Below, one piece after another: positions 27,301 through 39,777 of a DNA stretch of 64,000 nt. Made by a program: the position numbers and the translations under genes. This DNA comes from Raillietiella orientalis (taxonomy: Eukaryota): assembly GCA_036172245.1 (NCBI GenBank), contig JAYWIR010000020.1:868001-932000 (forward strand), in the 5' to 3' direction. Numbering within the stretch: the first letter of the stretch is position 1; the number at the start of each line of letters is the position of its first letter. Below the pieces are notes generated by a model. The model was not told the DNA's origin, did not search any database, and saw only the letters and a list, made by a program, of their open reading frames with translations.

Positions 27301-30300
27301 AATGCTGCGAGAAGTCGCAATGGTTATTTCCTCGTTCGGTCCATGAGCGCCGGCAAAGACGGACTGCCGCGCACAATCCTTCCCTGATTTCTAGCTCCCA
27401 CGGCCTGACGCGTTCGCTCGAGGGATGCTGGATGCTCTCGCGTGCCGGCGCCTGGACATGGACTGGGGGAGTCCGACCGGGGTAGGTCGTTCTGACGGAG
27501 GTTTTCCTTCTGCTATGGGGTCTACGCCGAGTTCCATGGGAAGCCGTAGAGAGAAACTTCCTTGTGAGCCCGAAGGGTCTCGGGAGAAGGGTGGATGTGG
27601 TAGAGCTGAGAGGTTTCCAAGATCTACGGAAGGGGCACCCAGGAACGGCAAATCAAAAGGGGTGGGGCAGGATTGGGAAAGAAGGTCGGTAAGATTCACC
27701 GATTCCCGTATCCGTGGTAACGCAACAGCATTCAGGCAGGTGGTCGCCATCGTCCTAGCTGGGTCCCACCCTGCCTCGAGAACTTTCTGCCCAAGGAAAT
27801 CCTCTCACACGACTCTAAGCTCCCTGAAAGGACTCGTTTGCCTGCGGCGAGCAGGCACACGAAGGTGGCGGGAGAAAGGGGGAGGGGCTGAACCATCCCC
27901 TCTTCGGGTGCTGTAGACGATAAAACGATCAAGAAGGGGACTTCAGGGGGGAGCGAAACGAAAAGGGGGAGGGGGCAGAGGACTCGAGCAGCTTCGACGC
28001 ATGGAGAGAGAGGGGAAAGAAGAGGCAGCGCTTTCGGTTCGCACCTCCCTTCCACCTCAGATGCCTTCGTTCCGGAAGAATTGACCCTGCAAGAACTTCT
28101 CCGGAAAAGGTGCTCTCTTCGCGGAAGAGTTCTCGTAGGGAGGAGGACAGGGGGGTAATAGGTGAAAGAGGGAACCAGCACCGGGCTTGTGGCACCAGGT
28201 GCTCAGCAAGCGGAGGCCAAAAAAAACTCCGGTGTCCCTTTTCTGCCCACATGGGAGAACCCGGCGCGAAAAGGACTCCTGGAGGCATTGAAGACCTTCG
28301 CTTATGCGAAACTCTGGTTTCCGCCTTCTTCCTCCCGACCCGTCCAATCGCAGCATGTCCTTCTCTTTTTCAACCCTCAGCATTCTGTCTTTTACCCCGG
28401 TGGCTTTCCCGTCGTGGACCGCTGCTCGTGGGGGTTTCCGGGAATGCATGGGAGGGCCAGGAGAGATCCTGTTTCAGTAGGTCAGCATCTGTGGCTCTGG
28501 ACGAGCAAGATAGACAGGGAGAAATCGAGAAAGAACGTAAGTTCAGAGAGTCCCATCGGAGGGAAAGGGAAAGCGCTGTTCCCCAAGAAGGTGTCGGACT
28601 CGGAGCACAGAGGAACGAATACTGCGGGAGGCGCAGAAGGCTCAGGACGACGCCTCTGGTGGTGGTCGCATCCCTCACCATAAAGGGATGGCCTGTCTGA
28701 GACATCCTCTCTTCTTCCCTTGTGTCCACGTGGATCACATCGCGCACGTGCACGCGGCAGGGAGCGCTGGCAGAGAGAAGGACATCGGCAGGCATCCCCA
28801 AAAAGTTCCCTTTTCTCCCTCTCCTTCTTGCAAATAAGGGACCACTGCCAGCAAAGAAGAGAAGGATAGAGAAGGATGGCTATCCGTCTGATTCCCGGCC
28901 GGCAGAAAGCACATAAGGTTTGGTCCCCCGCCACCCCCAGGTATCCAGGAATTGCCTGGAAAAGACAGTCGAAAGATGTCTGGTCTTCCTTACAAGCTGC
29001 AACAGACATGCCAGGAGCTGCCGAGAGCTCTCTCCTCACCAACAGCATGCGTTCGGATAGCTCCCTTCTGCAGCTGGTGAGACGATCTTGGCCATCTTAG
29101 GATTACGTCCTCGTTTCTGGGAACGAGAGCATTACCGTCATCCAGATAAAATCTATCCCAGCAGTTTCTTGTCTTCAATCTCAGGAAGAACGCTTCGTTT
29201 GCACTTCAGCCTGTCCAGACAAACAAGAAACGTTACCAAACAAGGAAAAGGTGAATGGGTCGAGGCTGACCTCCCCAGAGCATCCCGGGTTTTAAGCGGA
29301 AGACGTCCAATTGGTGCTCTCTTTCGTACCTGCTTCTCTTTTGTCTCCCCTCCCCCCTCTTTTTTTTTTGACTCTCCTTTCACATTCCTTGTAAATTTGC
29401 ACGGCTGATTCAGAGAAAGAGATGCACGTTGTGCGGCTTGCGGGATCTCCGTTCTTGACTGGGCCACCTCTGCAGATGGGAGGCCGAGGATGAAATTTTT
29501 CAGCAGAGTGGAAACAGTGACTCAGTGCTGTGAGGAGTCAACGGTGCTTCTTCGGATGCAGTGCCCAGAGAGCGCTCAGAGACAGCGCTTATTCCTTGTC
29601 CAAGGCTTAGGTTTTTTTTTTTTTTTCTTCCTCTCCTGCTGCTGCTTCTTGGCGGAACGATCATAAATCATACTTGGAGAGGAGGAGGAGGAGGAGGGAG
29701 GAAGAAAAACATCTGTTCGGCGCGCAGCGAACGCACTCAAAGGCAGGCGAGCAAACCCACGGCGCGCTCCCTCCAGCGGCACACAAGGGAAAGAGGAGAG
29801 GCGCTTTGATTTTTCCGTCGGAGTCGTGGAAGCGCGTAATCCAACCGGAGCCCGCTGCTGTGAACCGGCGTGCACCGTTCCCATGGAAGCGACTCCTGCG
29901 CGCACGGCAAGTGTAGAGGCTGCCCGACTTGCAGGTGCGAGGTCTGCCATACCTCAGAGATCAGGACCAAAGAGGCCAAATCAAAGAATTTCCGAGAACT
30001 TCGACGATCCCCCCCCCTCCCCCCGTCCTTCCTCTTCTCTCCCTTTGCGAAAAGGTTTCGTCAATCTGTTGGACGAACGTGTCACTATGCGCAACCTAAC
30101 TGAAAGATGAGTGGATATCCACATTTATTTCAAGGTCATTCCACATTTCCGTGTATTTTATTTACTGGCTGAGATCGCTGTCGTGAGAAGCAAATCTGCA
30201 CGTTTCGCTTCCCCGGAAGAAGAGGCCACGTGACCGAGAAGCGCCTGTGGCATTTTCGAAAAGTCTCGGCTGAGACCTCGTGCCGTTATCGAAACATCGC

Positions 30301-32030
30301 TCTCGCCTGAGAAAGAATCTGCTTGAGCGAAGGAGCAAGTGAAACCAAAAGAGCAGAGGGCAACCGTGCTCTCAACATGACGCCTATCAGAGCGTCATGC
30401 TGCACCTGTTCACAATGGGATGAGTAGATGCTTCCAGGAGCTTCAATGTTTGGCAAGGACTTGTTCTTAGGCGAGATCAGATGGCTGGGTTGGGACATTC
30501 CCGAACTCCATTGTCCTGCTATTTTGCTAATGGAGGAAGGGTCAGGATCAGCGGCAGATGGAGTCATAAGCACGGCAAAGAAAGATCAGAGATACTTGAC
30601 TCGGAGGAACTCAGCCTTCTCATCTTGTATCTCGAAAATACCGAACGGTCTTCGTGACCGCAGGAGGGTTCTTCTCACTTCGAGAGAGGTGCCGATAGGG
30701 ATCAGCCTCCGTTGATCCTCCGCGTTTCTTTGGGCTGCTTCAGCATTCTTTGTTGCCTCGTTTGTGATTCCCCGTCCAGGAAAGTGGAGTGTGGAGTTTC
30801 TTCACAGCGCGTATCCCCTTCGTGCACTCAGGGCAGGGACGATGTCCCGTCCACTGGATATCCACTTCCACATTTCGGTTGAGGAAAGGGGTACAGCGGA
30901 TGAGAATCGAAAGCTTCAAACGACTGCTGGCTTCTTCATTAAGGATTGGATGCTCTGTGGAATGGTTTCACTTCATTCTTCGCTTCTGAAAATTCCTGGC
31001 CCCGTCGGGGACCGCGTGGCTGTGGCTTCCGCGCGCGGCACCAGGCGTCGCGGGTTCGTATACCGAACGTGGAGAATCGACGCCAAGGATGGATGCGTCG
31101 TGGGTTTTGAGTCCCCCTTGCAGGATACCGGCATAACGCTTGTGCACGCTGGAGATCGGGTGCCCCCGACTAGGTGGCATTGGGAGTAGACCCTCAGGGG
31201 ACCATCCAGGAATCACGGAGCTTCGGCGATTCCCTCCGGTTTGTGCCATGGAGTCGACCCGCCTGGACTGTTGAACCCTTCAGGGAAGCCCCTCAGAAGA
31301 GTAAAATAGGAGCAGTTTCCTTCCGGGTTCCGGGTGCTGCTGTTGCTGTTGTTGACTCCCAGTGCTCAAGAACAGCAGCACCCTCCCACTGAAGTGGCAG
31401 CAGTCAGTACTCCTGCTGCTGCACAGGGGTCTTCCCTGCAACGAACGCCGACACGACTGGACGCTGAGGAGGGCGAGTCCTGGTTGTCGCAGGTAGGAGG
31501 AACGGAAATTCCTCCCGCACCTGCTTGTGGACTGTATCGCTCTCCGTCTCCTATGGAAACGTTTCAGAGCTGCCCTCTGTATCCAGGCTGGCACCTCCAG
31601 GGACGTTTTATGCGCCTCCTTTGTGAGCGATCCCCTGCAGCCAGCCGCAGCCCTAGCAGCGCTTTGTTGCTGCATCCTCGGGATCATAGCGGCCTAAAGC
31701 GAAGCCGACAGAAGAAGAAACGAGAGGAACGCCGTCCAGTCCGCAGTTTGTTTTCTGGAGATAGCTGCCAGATGGCCCCACCTGGGATCTATTCGAAAAG
31801 ACCTAGCTGGCATCTTAGAAAAGATGCATACTTCCTCCAGTGGATAGTGATCCCTTTCCGACCCTCTCAAAGATTTTTAATTATTTTTTTATTTTATTTT
31901 ATTTTTTTTGTTTTCCTTTATCCCCTTACACTGACGAGGGGAGTCCTGCCGGTCTGCTTACCAGCAACCCGGCAGGTCCACGGACAAACGGAGTGTGGTC
32001 AGATCACGTGTCCTACCTCAATCTATGAGG
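24400..32030 (+). mobile_element. Decayed L1/Tx1-like LINE (copy D) interrupted by insertions
   Basis: APE-like WLDRFSLS (~26270); RT NWQP-LLDA (~27170), IRQG-like (~27730), GAVDDKTI (~27905), LLEALKTFAYAKLWF (~28280). C-terminal zinc knuckle LPLKWQQSVLLLLHRGLPCNERRHDWTLRRASPGCRR*EERKFLPHLLVDCIALRLLWKRF at 31383-31565. T-rich 3' UTR is homologous to copies F and G. Insertions at about 25640-26250 and 28470-30740. Confidence 0.75.
28750..29320 (-). mobile_element. Nested reverse transcriptase fragment, CRE-clade-like (YLDDG)
   Basis: Minus-strand fragments LDPFTFSL (like LGPLLFSL), WDRFYLDDGNAL and downstream GYLGVAG; antisense to and inside copy D. Confidence 0.4.
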
Positions 32031-32039
32031 TTATTTTAA

Positions 32040-32750
32040 ATTTTAAGAAACGCCCAGGCGTGTTCGGATGGAAATCAGAGTCCCCTCTATCGCTTCGATC
32101 ATCAAGGGAGGTGTCCTTCGAGGTCTTTTCGGAGACAACCAGGGAAAAGTTCCCAAGAGTAAAGAGGAATGGACTCCATCCTCGGTGCCTTTCTGGTATT
32201 ATCAGGGTGGTCCCTTCGGGGTTTCCCCTTGACTGAGCTGCACGCACCCACGGGTGGCTTGACCCTGTTGCGAAACTCTTGGAAGTCCCTGTGCCTGCAT
32301 CGTCGAGATGCGCTCCAATGCCTTCTATCAGAGTAAACGGTTCTTGAGGATACTTGGTGAATCAAAAGAAAAAAGAAATCTGGAAGGAAAGCAGCAAACA
32401 GAGGAAGGATCCACAGGATTTCTACCATTTTAGACCAAATGGCAACGATCTCCTCGATCACCGGCATCATTGGTCAGAAGCAATGAGTCCCTCTTTCTTC
32501 CATCCTGTCCATAGCTCATCGAAACGAACTCCGTCGACGGAAAGTATCGAAGTGCTTTCCAGAAGACGCTGCTTCTTTCCACTGAGTACTCCTTTCCGGT
32601 CACCGCAAACAGCAGACCTCGGGTATCTCGGCGCTTTTATTCAAAGCGAAGCGCCAATCAGGTTCGCAGACTCCAAAAGGATTCACCGTGCCTTTCCCTC
32701 ACACAAACTCAGATCCTTGTTGGAGGGAGAGAAGAGGCTAGGAGAGCGAG
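32040..32750 (+). mobile_element. LINE fragment spanning the ORF1 end and ORF2 (APE) start (copy E)
   Basis: 32150-32265 aligns by eye with 21830-21935 (agaggaatggactccatcctc versus agaggaacggactccttcctc). It is followed by a Lys-rich ORF1 end, MATISSITG at ~32439 and a broken LQET-like motif. Confidence 0.5.
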
Positions 32751-33949
32751 CAACGGGTGGAGAGAGATCAGAGCACGCAAGCGCTCCATCCCTAAGACGA
32801 GGATAAGTTTGTCTGCTGGATGCTGTCGGCTCCAGCAAAAATTGAATGGCGAGTCTTGTGGAAGGAAAGAAAACAAGGGGATGATGAGGGTGGCGGTAAT
32901 GTTTTGATGGAGATCTGCACATCCTACAGAGACAAGAATTTCAGACTGTTCCAGAACAAATATCAAGGATCACCAATGAAGAGGATCGAATTGTAACCGG
33001 AAAAAGTCCTCGGTTACCGTCCTAGAAGGATGGATTGAAAGCGAAGGTGCATCAAGCGGGTGTATGCTAGAGGATTATCCATGAGGAATCAGCAGTGATA
33101 TCCATGTAGTAAGAAATGAACAAGCTCTACAGTAAGATTAATCACTGCAAAAACCTTACTCCATCACATATGTAGGAGAAAAAAATAGGTCCAGCTGGCA
33201 GATGAAGAGCGGATTTCAGACGAGCATGGTTTATCTTTTTTTTTTTTTTTTTACACAAAAGCTGTTTGTTAACGAGACCCAAAAACCACAAGACCTTCTT
33301 GCAGAGCAGGTCTCCTCATTTCGGTCGCATCTGAGCCATCTGTTTACCTTGTCTGGCTTCCCTTCTCGAATCTTCGTTCTCCTGCTCCTTTCCCAGAAGA
33401 GAGAGGAGAGGGGAGAGAAAAAAAAATGAAATCCGCATTGATTTGGCTTCTGACTGGATCGATTCCGACGGCAAGATGAAGTGGATCGGTGGTTATCTGG
33501 CGGAGATGAACGCGCCCATCTCCTCATCCCCGGACAGGTGGCGCGTCCTTTCTTGCTTTCCCTCGTGATCGGTGAAAGTTCCACAGCGAGCACCCTGGAT
33601 GCGAAGGTGTGTCTTTTTCTCATATCTCCGGCAATGACAATGCACCCTCAACGACCACTATTCCAGCATTCGGAGCTGCGTTCATCCTGAGATCCTCGAA
33701 GGCTCATTCTCTCCAGTTCTCTCCCAGCATTGTTTCCCCCCCTCCCCACATACTTCCTTGGGCTTCCTTGGATCTGAGCTCATATTTTGATTTTCGTTCC
33801 CCCTTCGATGCATCTTATCACTCGCCTCTGGTAAGTGCCAAATACATTTCTGTCAAGTGACGAAGGGAACCGATGTGTCACTCTCCCATCCCATTATTGT
33901 GACATATATGAATCGAAGGAGTCCAGATAAGCTAATCAAACCACTGTAT

Positions 33950-34620
33950 CAATGCGAAGAACTGCCAACTGCTAGCAAACAAAACATCTGGCAACAGCTG
34001 TCATCCTTCGCAACACTGAAGCAAACAAGCAGATCATCATTTTCCATTAGCTGGGACGGAGCCACGCATCTCGGAATGGTTGACTGCTTGACGTGTGCAG
34101 GTTGCTGCTACCCCTAAAAGCTCCCTCTGTTCCCAAGGCTCTGCTCACCGTGAATGCAATGGAAAGCCTGAGGCACGAGGCACAATTCCACCTCTGAAGC
34201 TTTCCTACTGCATGAGGGGATCATTTGCGAATTGGTCCAGCATTTTGTATGGAACCGAAAACGCGAAACGGAGCCGATTGAAGACCTGCGGCACATTCAC
34301 AACAAGCCGTGTGGTTTCTGCTTCCCACATACTCCAGAATACATCACATGCCTCGATCGACAGTCGCTTTTCGTTGCAATTCTTTGACTAACCGATCACA
34401 AGCCATGGAGTCCATTTGAACCTTCTCGAAATTCAAACGTATTATGGACCTTACCAACCCCGAAGCGATTTATGGAGATTGCGGAAGACGTGCTCCCATA
34501 CCGAAATTTGGTCGATTCCACTTCAGGAATTCAAAAAGAGGTGGAGATGAGGAAAGGTGAAATGCATCCAGGATATTGGGGGGGGTGACGTTGTGACTGC
34601 GAAGTATCAATAAACTCGAA
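33950..34620 (+). mobile_element. Ty3/gypsy LTR retrotransposon remnant: integrase end, polypurine tract, start of 3' LTR
   Basis: SAHRECNGKPE (like TAYHPQCNGxxE) and NWSSILYG at ~34140-34255; GPY/F motif YYGPYQ at ~34440-34457; G8 tract at 34578-34585 followed by TGTGAC at 34592. Confidence 0.55.
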
Positions 34621-36174
34621 GGAATATCTCTGATGGCACCCCACCAACATCAAGTTGTTTGGGCTGTTAGATCATGTCTGTGCATGCGATTCTAAAGGAT
34701 GTTCTGTTAGAAAGTCACATCTAGGAATCACATCAATAATAAATGTCAATCATTCATTGATGAATGATGCCTTAATGGTCCCTTAAGTGACAGAGGCTTT
34801 TGTCTAACAGCTTCGACAACTGTTTAGTGAATGAAACTGAACTAAATTTTCAAGTGCTCATTGATTCCAGAATCAAGTAAGCTTGTGTGAACCGGAAGGA
34901 GGACCGAACTTTGCTGATGTTCCTGATGATCCTGCTTACCTACTTTTGAGCAGCTCATGCAAACGATAGCTGAAGAATTCTCTTCTTGTCAAAGGTAGTG
35001 CATCACATTAGGTAGATTATCTAGATGGAGATGTTTGTTCCATTGGTTGTGCATCTTTGAAGCTTTTGCAGTCTTTTAGAAGTTTCCATGTGAGTGTTCA
35101 AGTCACCATTATGACAATAATACTGTTTTTATTTTATTTTTTTTTGAAAAAATTGTGTTTATGTTAAAAGTAAATAGGTCTTAATTATTCTGAATTTAAA
35201 AATTTCAAAAATAAAAAAAAATAAAAATCCAGCCTTGAAGTCCACACAATGTCATCCCAATATGGACACAACTTTGATGTCTTTTAGAGAATCGTGTGCA
35301 CAGAGGGACATTATCTAACAGCAAATACTTTGATGTTGACGGAGACCTTGATGTCGCTTCGAATCTATCGCTATTGAATAAGAAGAGTATAATAAGAATA
35401 ACGCTGTAGGAACACCTAACGATGTATCATAAAGCACAGATACAAATGTGGCTGTGCGTGGAGTACCAGAACACGTCCCTCGAAGATGTCTGTTTCCCTC
35501 ATTTAAGCGCTCATTCAGAAAGGTCCGAGCGAAGAGGCAATCCTGCATTTTGGCAAGCGCTTTGAATGGATTTCCACTCTTTAATTAGTGAGAGCAAAAA
35601 GGCAGATCTGCATTTGATGCACTGGCTACATTTGTGGGCAGTCAATCGGATCATAAAAAAATCTGCTTATTTCAAAGTAAAAATCAGTTATTTAGAATGT
35701 TAGCAATCACGACACTTCATTTCGAGCACTCAGTTGACGAATGCTCCACTAGGAAGGCACAACATCTAGGAGTCACCAAAGCAATGATAAAACTACCGAA
35801 AGTTTTTTGCTGGATTCTTAAAAACCATTGGACTTAGAATGCTGCTTTCTTTCGCAAGTATTTCAGAATTAAACACGATCTTGCAAAAATTTGCCATGTG
35901 TGTGAGCACCGACACGATACTAAGTAAATAAATAAGTAAAAAAATTGAAAGCATAGAATGAAATTTTCCTTCAAAATGTCACGGACATCACAGCATTCAT
36001 TTCTGAATTTCCAGGGAAGAAAGCAAGAAGAAAATAAAGCGGAATTGCCTGAGGCAACGTTTTGACATGTAGACTGCATCAAAAATAAAGGACACAGCAC
36101 TCAACAACCGGGGAAGCCGGATATGACACGAAATATCGCTGAATGGATTTCATAAACATATACATACGTTCAAT

Positions 36175-36180
<6 letters not shown>

Positions 36181-36234
<54 letters not shown>

Positions 36235-36248
36235 GTGTGTGTGTGTGT
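36181..36248. repeat. Compound microsatellite (AT)24 followed by (GT)n
   Basis: Directly visible. Confidence 0.97.
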
Positions 36249-39200
36249 ATGCTCCACGTGATTTGAGATTTACTTTATCACCGGCAAATTAACATGGATT
36301 TCGACCAAATTGATTACTATTACTAAGCGGAACTCGTACTGCGCTTTGAATGGCCCAGATTGGATTTCCAAGGGCTTTTTGTCACGCAGACGTGCCTGCT
36401 CGCTGGCTCGGAACGCGTGGATGCGAGGAGAATCAACAGGTTGACAGATCTATGGAGCCTGTTTGAGATGGAATGCCTTCGCGCAGCTATAAGCCTCGTT
36501 TTCGGACGTTCGAAGGTTCCCTCAGGTAAATTCAAATGGTGTGCTCGGTTCACGTACACGTTCGGTGGGAACTTCCAATGAACCAACCGTAATCGAAGGA
36601 TCGTCTACCAAAGCGTATCCCCATGGTTACACACATGGACCATACAATCCGGGTTTGTAAACGGCGACGGAATCACTCGGCTTCTCATTAAAAAAAAAAG
36701 GTAGTACGGGAACCCTACACACACAGTGGGAAAGGAGGATGGGTCTGAAGTCGAGTGGTGTTGCACGGCCACCCAAGAGAGTGCATCACTTTTCAGGAAG
36801 GCATCCCGTGGTTTTTGAAGTAATAGGTCGTTAACTAATAGGTTCGAACCTATTGGGACACTTTAGCAGTGAAACTTAGGTGGTTTTGACTCAGCATCGG
36901 ATCTGGAGAACAGGGATTCACCAAAGGCATATGAACATGCTGACATATGAACAGTGAAACTCAGTTGGGTTACCATGCAGTTATTAAGCAATTTTCCTAT
37001 TAATGGGCTAATCTGTCCAAATGTTCTGTATACTTGTTATGCCCAAATCACCGAATCAGCTGAAAGAATTCAATCCAGAGAGTAATTCATATTTAACAGA
37101 AGTAAATATAAAGAAACAAAAAAAGGAAAGAAATGCATGAATTTAATGGACATAATGTTCAACAGAACATCCTAAGATTTGAAGAATCAGTTCATAGAAT
37201 AAGTTGTGTTTCCTATTCATCTTCATAGAGTTATAATTAATAGATACATATACTGTAATTAATGACTTTAATTCAAATAGGAGTACCACTTCACTGTTTT
37301 CGCTTACATCCGTATTTTCTTTCCACCATTCTGAGCTGAGATTCCAAGGTACAGCCAACTAGAACAAGCAAACTGTTGAAATCTAGGTCTTCGAATAGAG
37401 TCTTCGAAACAACAGAACCTCAGATATTGAAGTGATAAGATATCTTACCTATCATGTGTACTGCCCATCAAAGAACAATGAATCTATCAGATAGGTTCTT
37501 TGCCCAGACATGGATCTGATCAGAGATGGATCTGATTCAACACGGAAGCACAAGTGGATTGGAATGAATTGGGACTCTATTATCTATTTAGTGATACATC
37601 CTCTCTAGAGTATTACTGCGATAGCTATTTCGGCTGAACTGAAAAGTCAGTGAACGCCCTTTAAATTGTACCAGGCATCTGTGCACTGGCATTGTAGATA
37701 CACGAGGCTCACTGTTTCGAAAATATCAAAGAGTTCCGCGGTGTAAATAGAGAAAATCGAGGAAAGTCGCTCCGTGTCCAGAGATGTGTAATAGTATTGA
37801 GCTTGCAGAGCTGGAACCAGTAAGCTGGAGAGTGTCTTAAATGTTATAAATAGAATGATGGCATTGCCCGGTAATCCTTTGCATTGCAGCTTTTTTTTTT
37901 AAAAAAAAATAACATGATCCAGTAACAGATCATCAAAATTCCATAATCTATTCTGATCCCATTATCTTGATGAAAATGCAGGTTTTCTGAATCATCTGAA
38001 GCAAAAAAGTCCAAAAGAATGATTCCTTAGAATGATACTGGCAGATGTAAAATTTCAAGATTTCAATAAAGCTGTGTGGTGCTGATTAAAGTGGAATTTG
38101 CATCAGCACGAAACAGATAGGGAGGGAAAAAATACAAATGATAGAAAGGAACAGATCTCTTAGGAAGATTTGCAGGTGAGTTTCCAAAAAGAAAAGGCGA
38201 AACATTGCACCTGTCTTAATCAGTCCGAATTGCAAATTTGGAATTTGCCAGTGTTCCAAAAGCTGAGGGGCAACATCTCGAGTGAATGCTAAGGTCTCGA
38301 TCTTACGCTGCGAAGGAGCGCTCTGTTCTGAATGAATTCCGCAATTGATGACGCTGAAATTTCTTCAGCTATGAAACTTGCTGTGCTCTAAGGACCTTTT
38401 AATTCATAAGTTGTTTACGTTATGAGCTTGTCCAGCGACAAATCTCGTGCTAGTTACCGGGAAATCAAATCAATGTTTCCCTGTTGAGGTGATCATTTTT
38501 CCTCTACAAATCTTCTCTACACATCCCTGCTCCATGTCTGCTGTCAGGTATGAATTTCAGCAACATTCGCTCTCTTAAATTTCATTTCGAAGTGATTGGA
38601 ATGGAAAACTTCCTCAAGTAAGACCCTTGTCCTGCTTCCTAACCCATTGGGAACATCACGGAGTTTAGACAGTGCAAAACTCCAAATAAGAACGCTGATC
38701 TCATTTAGACCTTCCACACTTTTGTGCCGCATTCTTGAAGGATTTCAGAAGAGAGCAACCCTTAGAGTCTCAGTGCAGATCCGAGTATGTTCTCCAGATG
38801 CGTGATGATTCTTGGCTTCACGTTTCGTCGCTTCCTTATCTAGGAAACTGGAGAACAAGCCTGGTTTACTTTACTATCATGGAGCCAAAAAACAGTGGAG
38901 ATAGCTGAGAACGCTCTGATGCTAGTCTCAAACAAAGATATGAGGGATACGTTCGAATTTCTTCGCTAGTCGTAGTGTACCTCTGCTGGCATTTCTCGGG
39001 GAGCTGATCGGCATTCTGACAGCAAATCAGTATGCCACCACAATCGTACTCAAGTATCAGTTTGCGGTCTTCAGAATAAGTGGTTTCACTTTCACTATCC
39101 CTTTTATCCGCAGTGATCCAGTGAGCGAGAAGTCTTTACGGTATTGACAACGGTATATCATGCAGAGCAATCTGGAGAGATGATGGAAGGATCTAGGCAG

Positions 39201-39619
39201 GTAGGCAGAAGCTCTTCACTTGAGCTATTGAATGAAGAGTTCTGATCTGTCGGTTGTCAAGAGCTGGTTCGCTCTAAAGGCTCCACGAAAATCGGCCGTT
39301 CGGCAAGAATCCAGCCTATAGCTTACTAAGAACCAGCGATGAGTTTTCCAATACAGTCAGCTGTTCCTCGGAATGGAACGTGGGGCAGCCTTTTCTAAAT
39401 ATGCTATCCTGAAAAGTCAGGAAAAATCTATAAATCAAGCAACCTTTAACCCTTCCATCAATCTGGAATTATCCATCGAATGACTCGAAACCTGCTGATT
39501 ATGGAAGCTCAAAACTATGCCTTCTCTTCACGGTCAGAGAGAAGGGCAGTATTTATGGAGAGGTTTCTTCCTACTTCTGAAAGGAAACAAAATCAGCCTC
39601 TGCTCATGCTTGACAACTG

Positions 39620-39705
39620 TTGGATAAATTTGGATAAATTTTGGATAAATTCTTGGATAAATTTGGATAAATTGGATAAATTGATAAATGACTCTTGGAT
39701 AAATT
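39620..39705. repeat. Minisatellite of about 7-8 TTGGATAAAT units (10-12 bp)
   Basis: ttggataaatttggataaattttggataaattcttggataaatttggataaattggataaattgataaat...ttggataaat. Confidence 0.92.
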
Positions 39706-39732
39706 TTTCTTCTTCCTTTGACTTCCTATCTA

Positions 39733-39777
39733 CGAGCTTCGACTTCCTCCATGAATTATGGAGGAAGTCGAAGCTCG
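39733..39777. repeat. Perfect 20-bp inverted repeat with a 5-nt loop
   Basis: cgagcttcgacttcctccat-gaatt-atggaggaagtcgaagctcg. Confidence 0.95.

Noticed and set aside
15651..32236. Many long overlapping ORFs (150-300 aa) on both strands, e.g. 31334-32236 and 26288-26986
   Set aside because: They arise from high GC and stop-codon scarcity in decayed LINE DNA; the recognisable protein motifs jump between frames.
37309..37520. Two minus-strand exon-like segments with good splice signals
   Set aside because: The upstream segment has stops in all three frames; at best a non-coding transcript, unsupported without RNA data.
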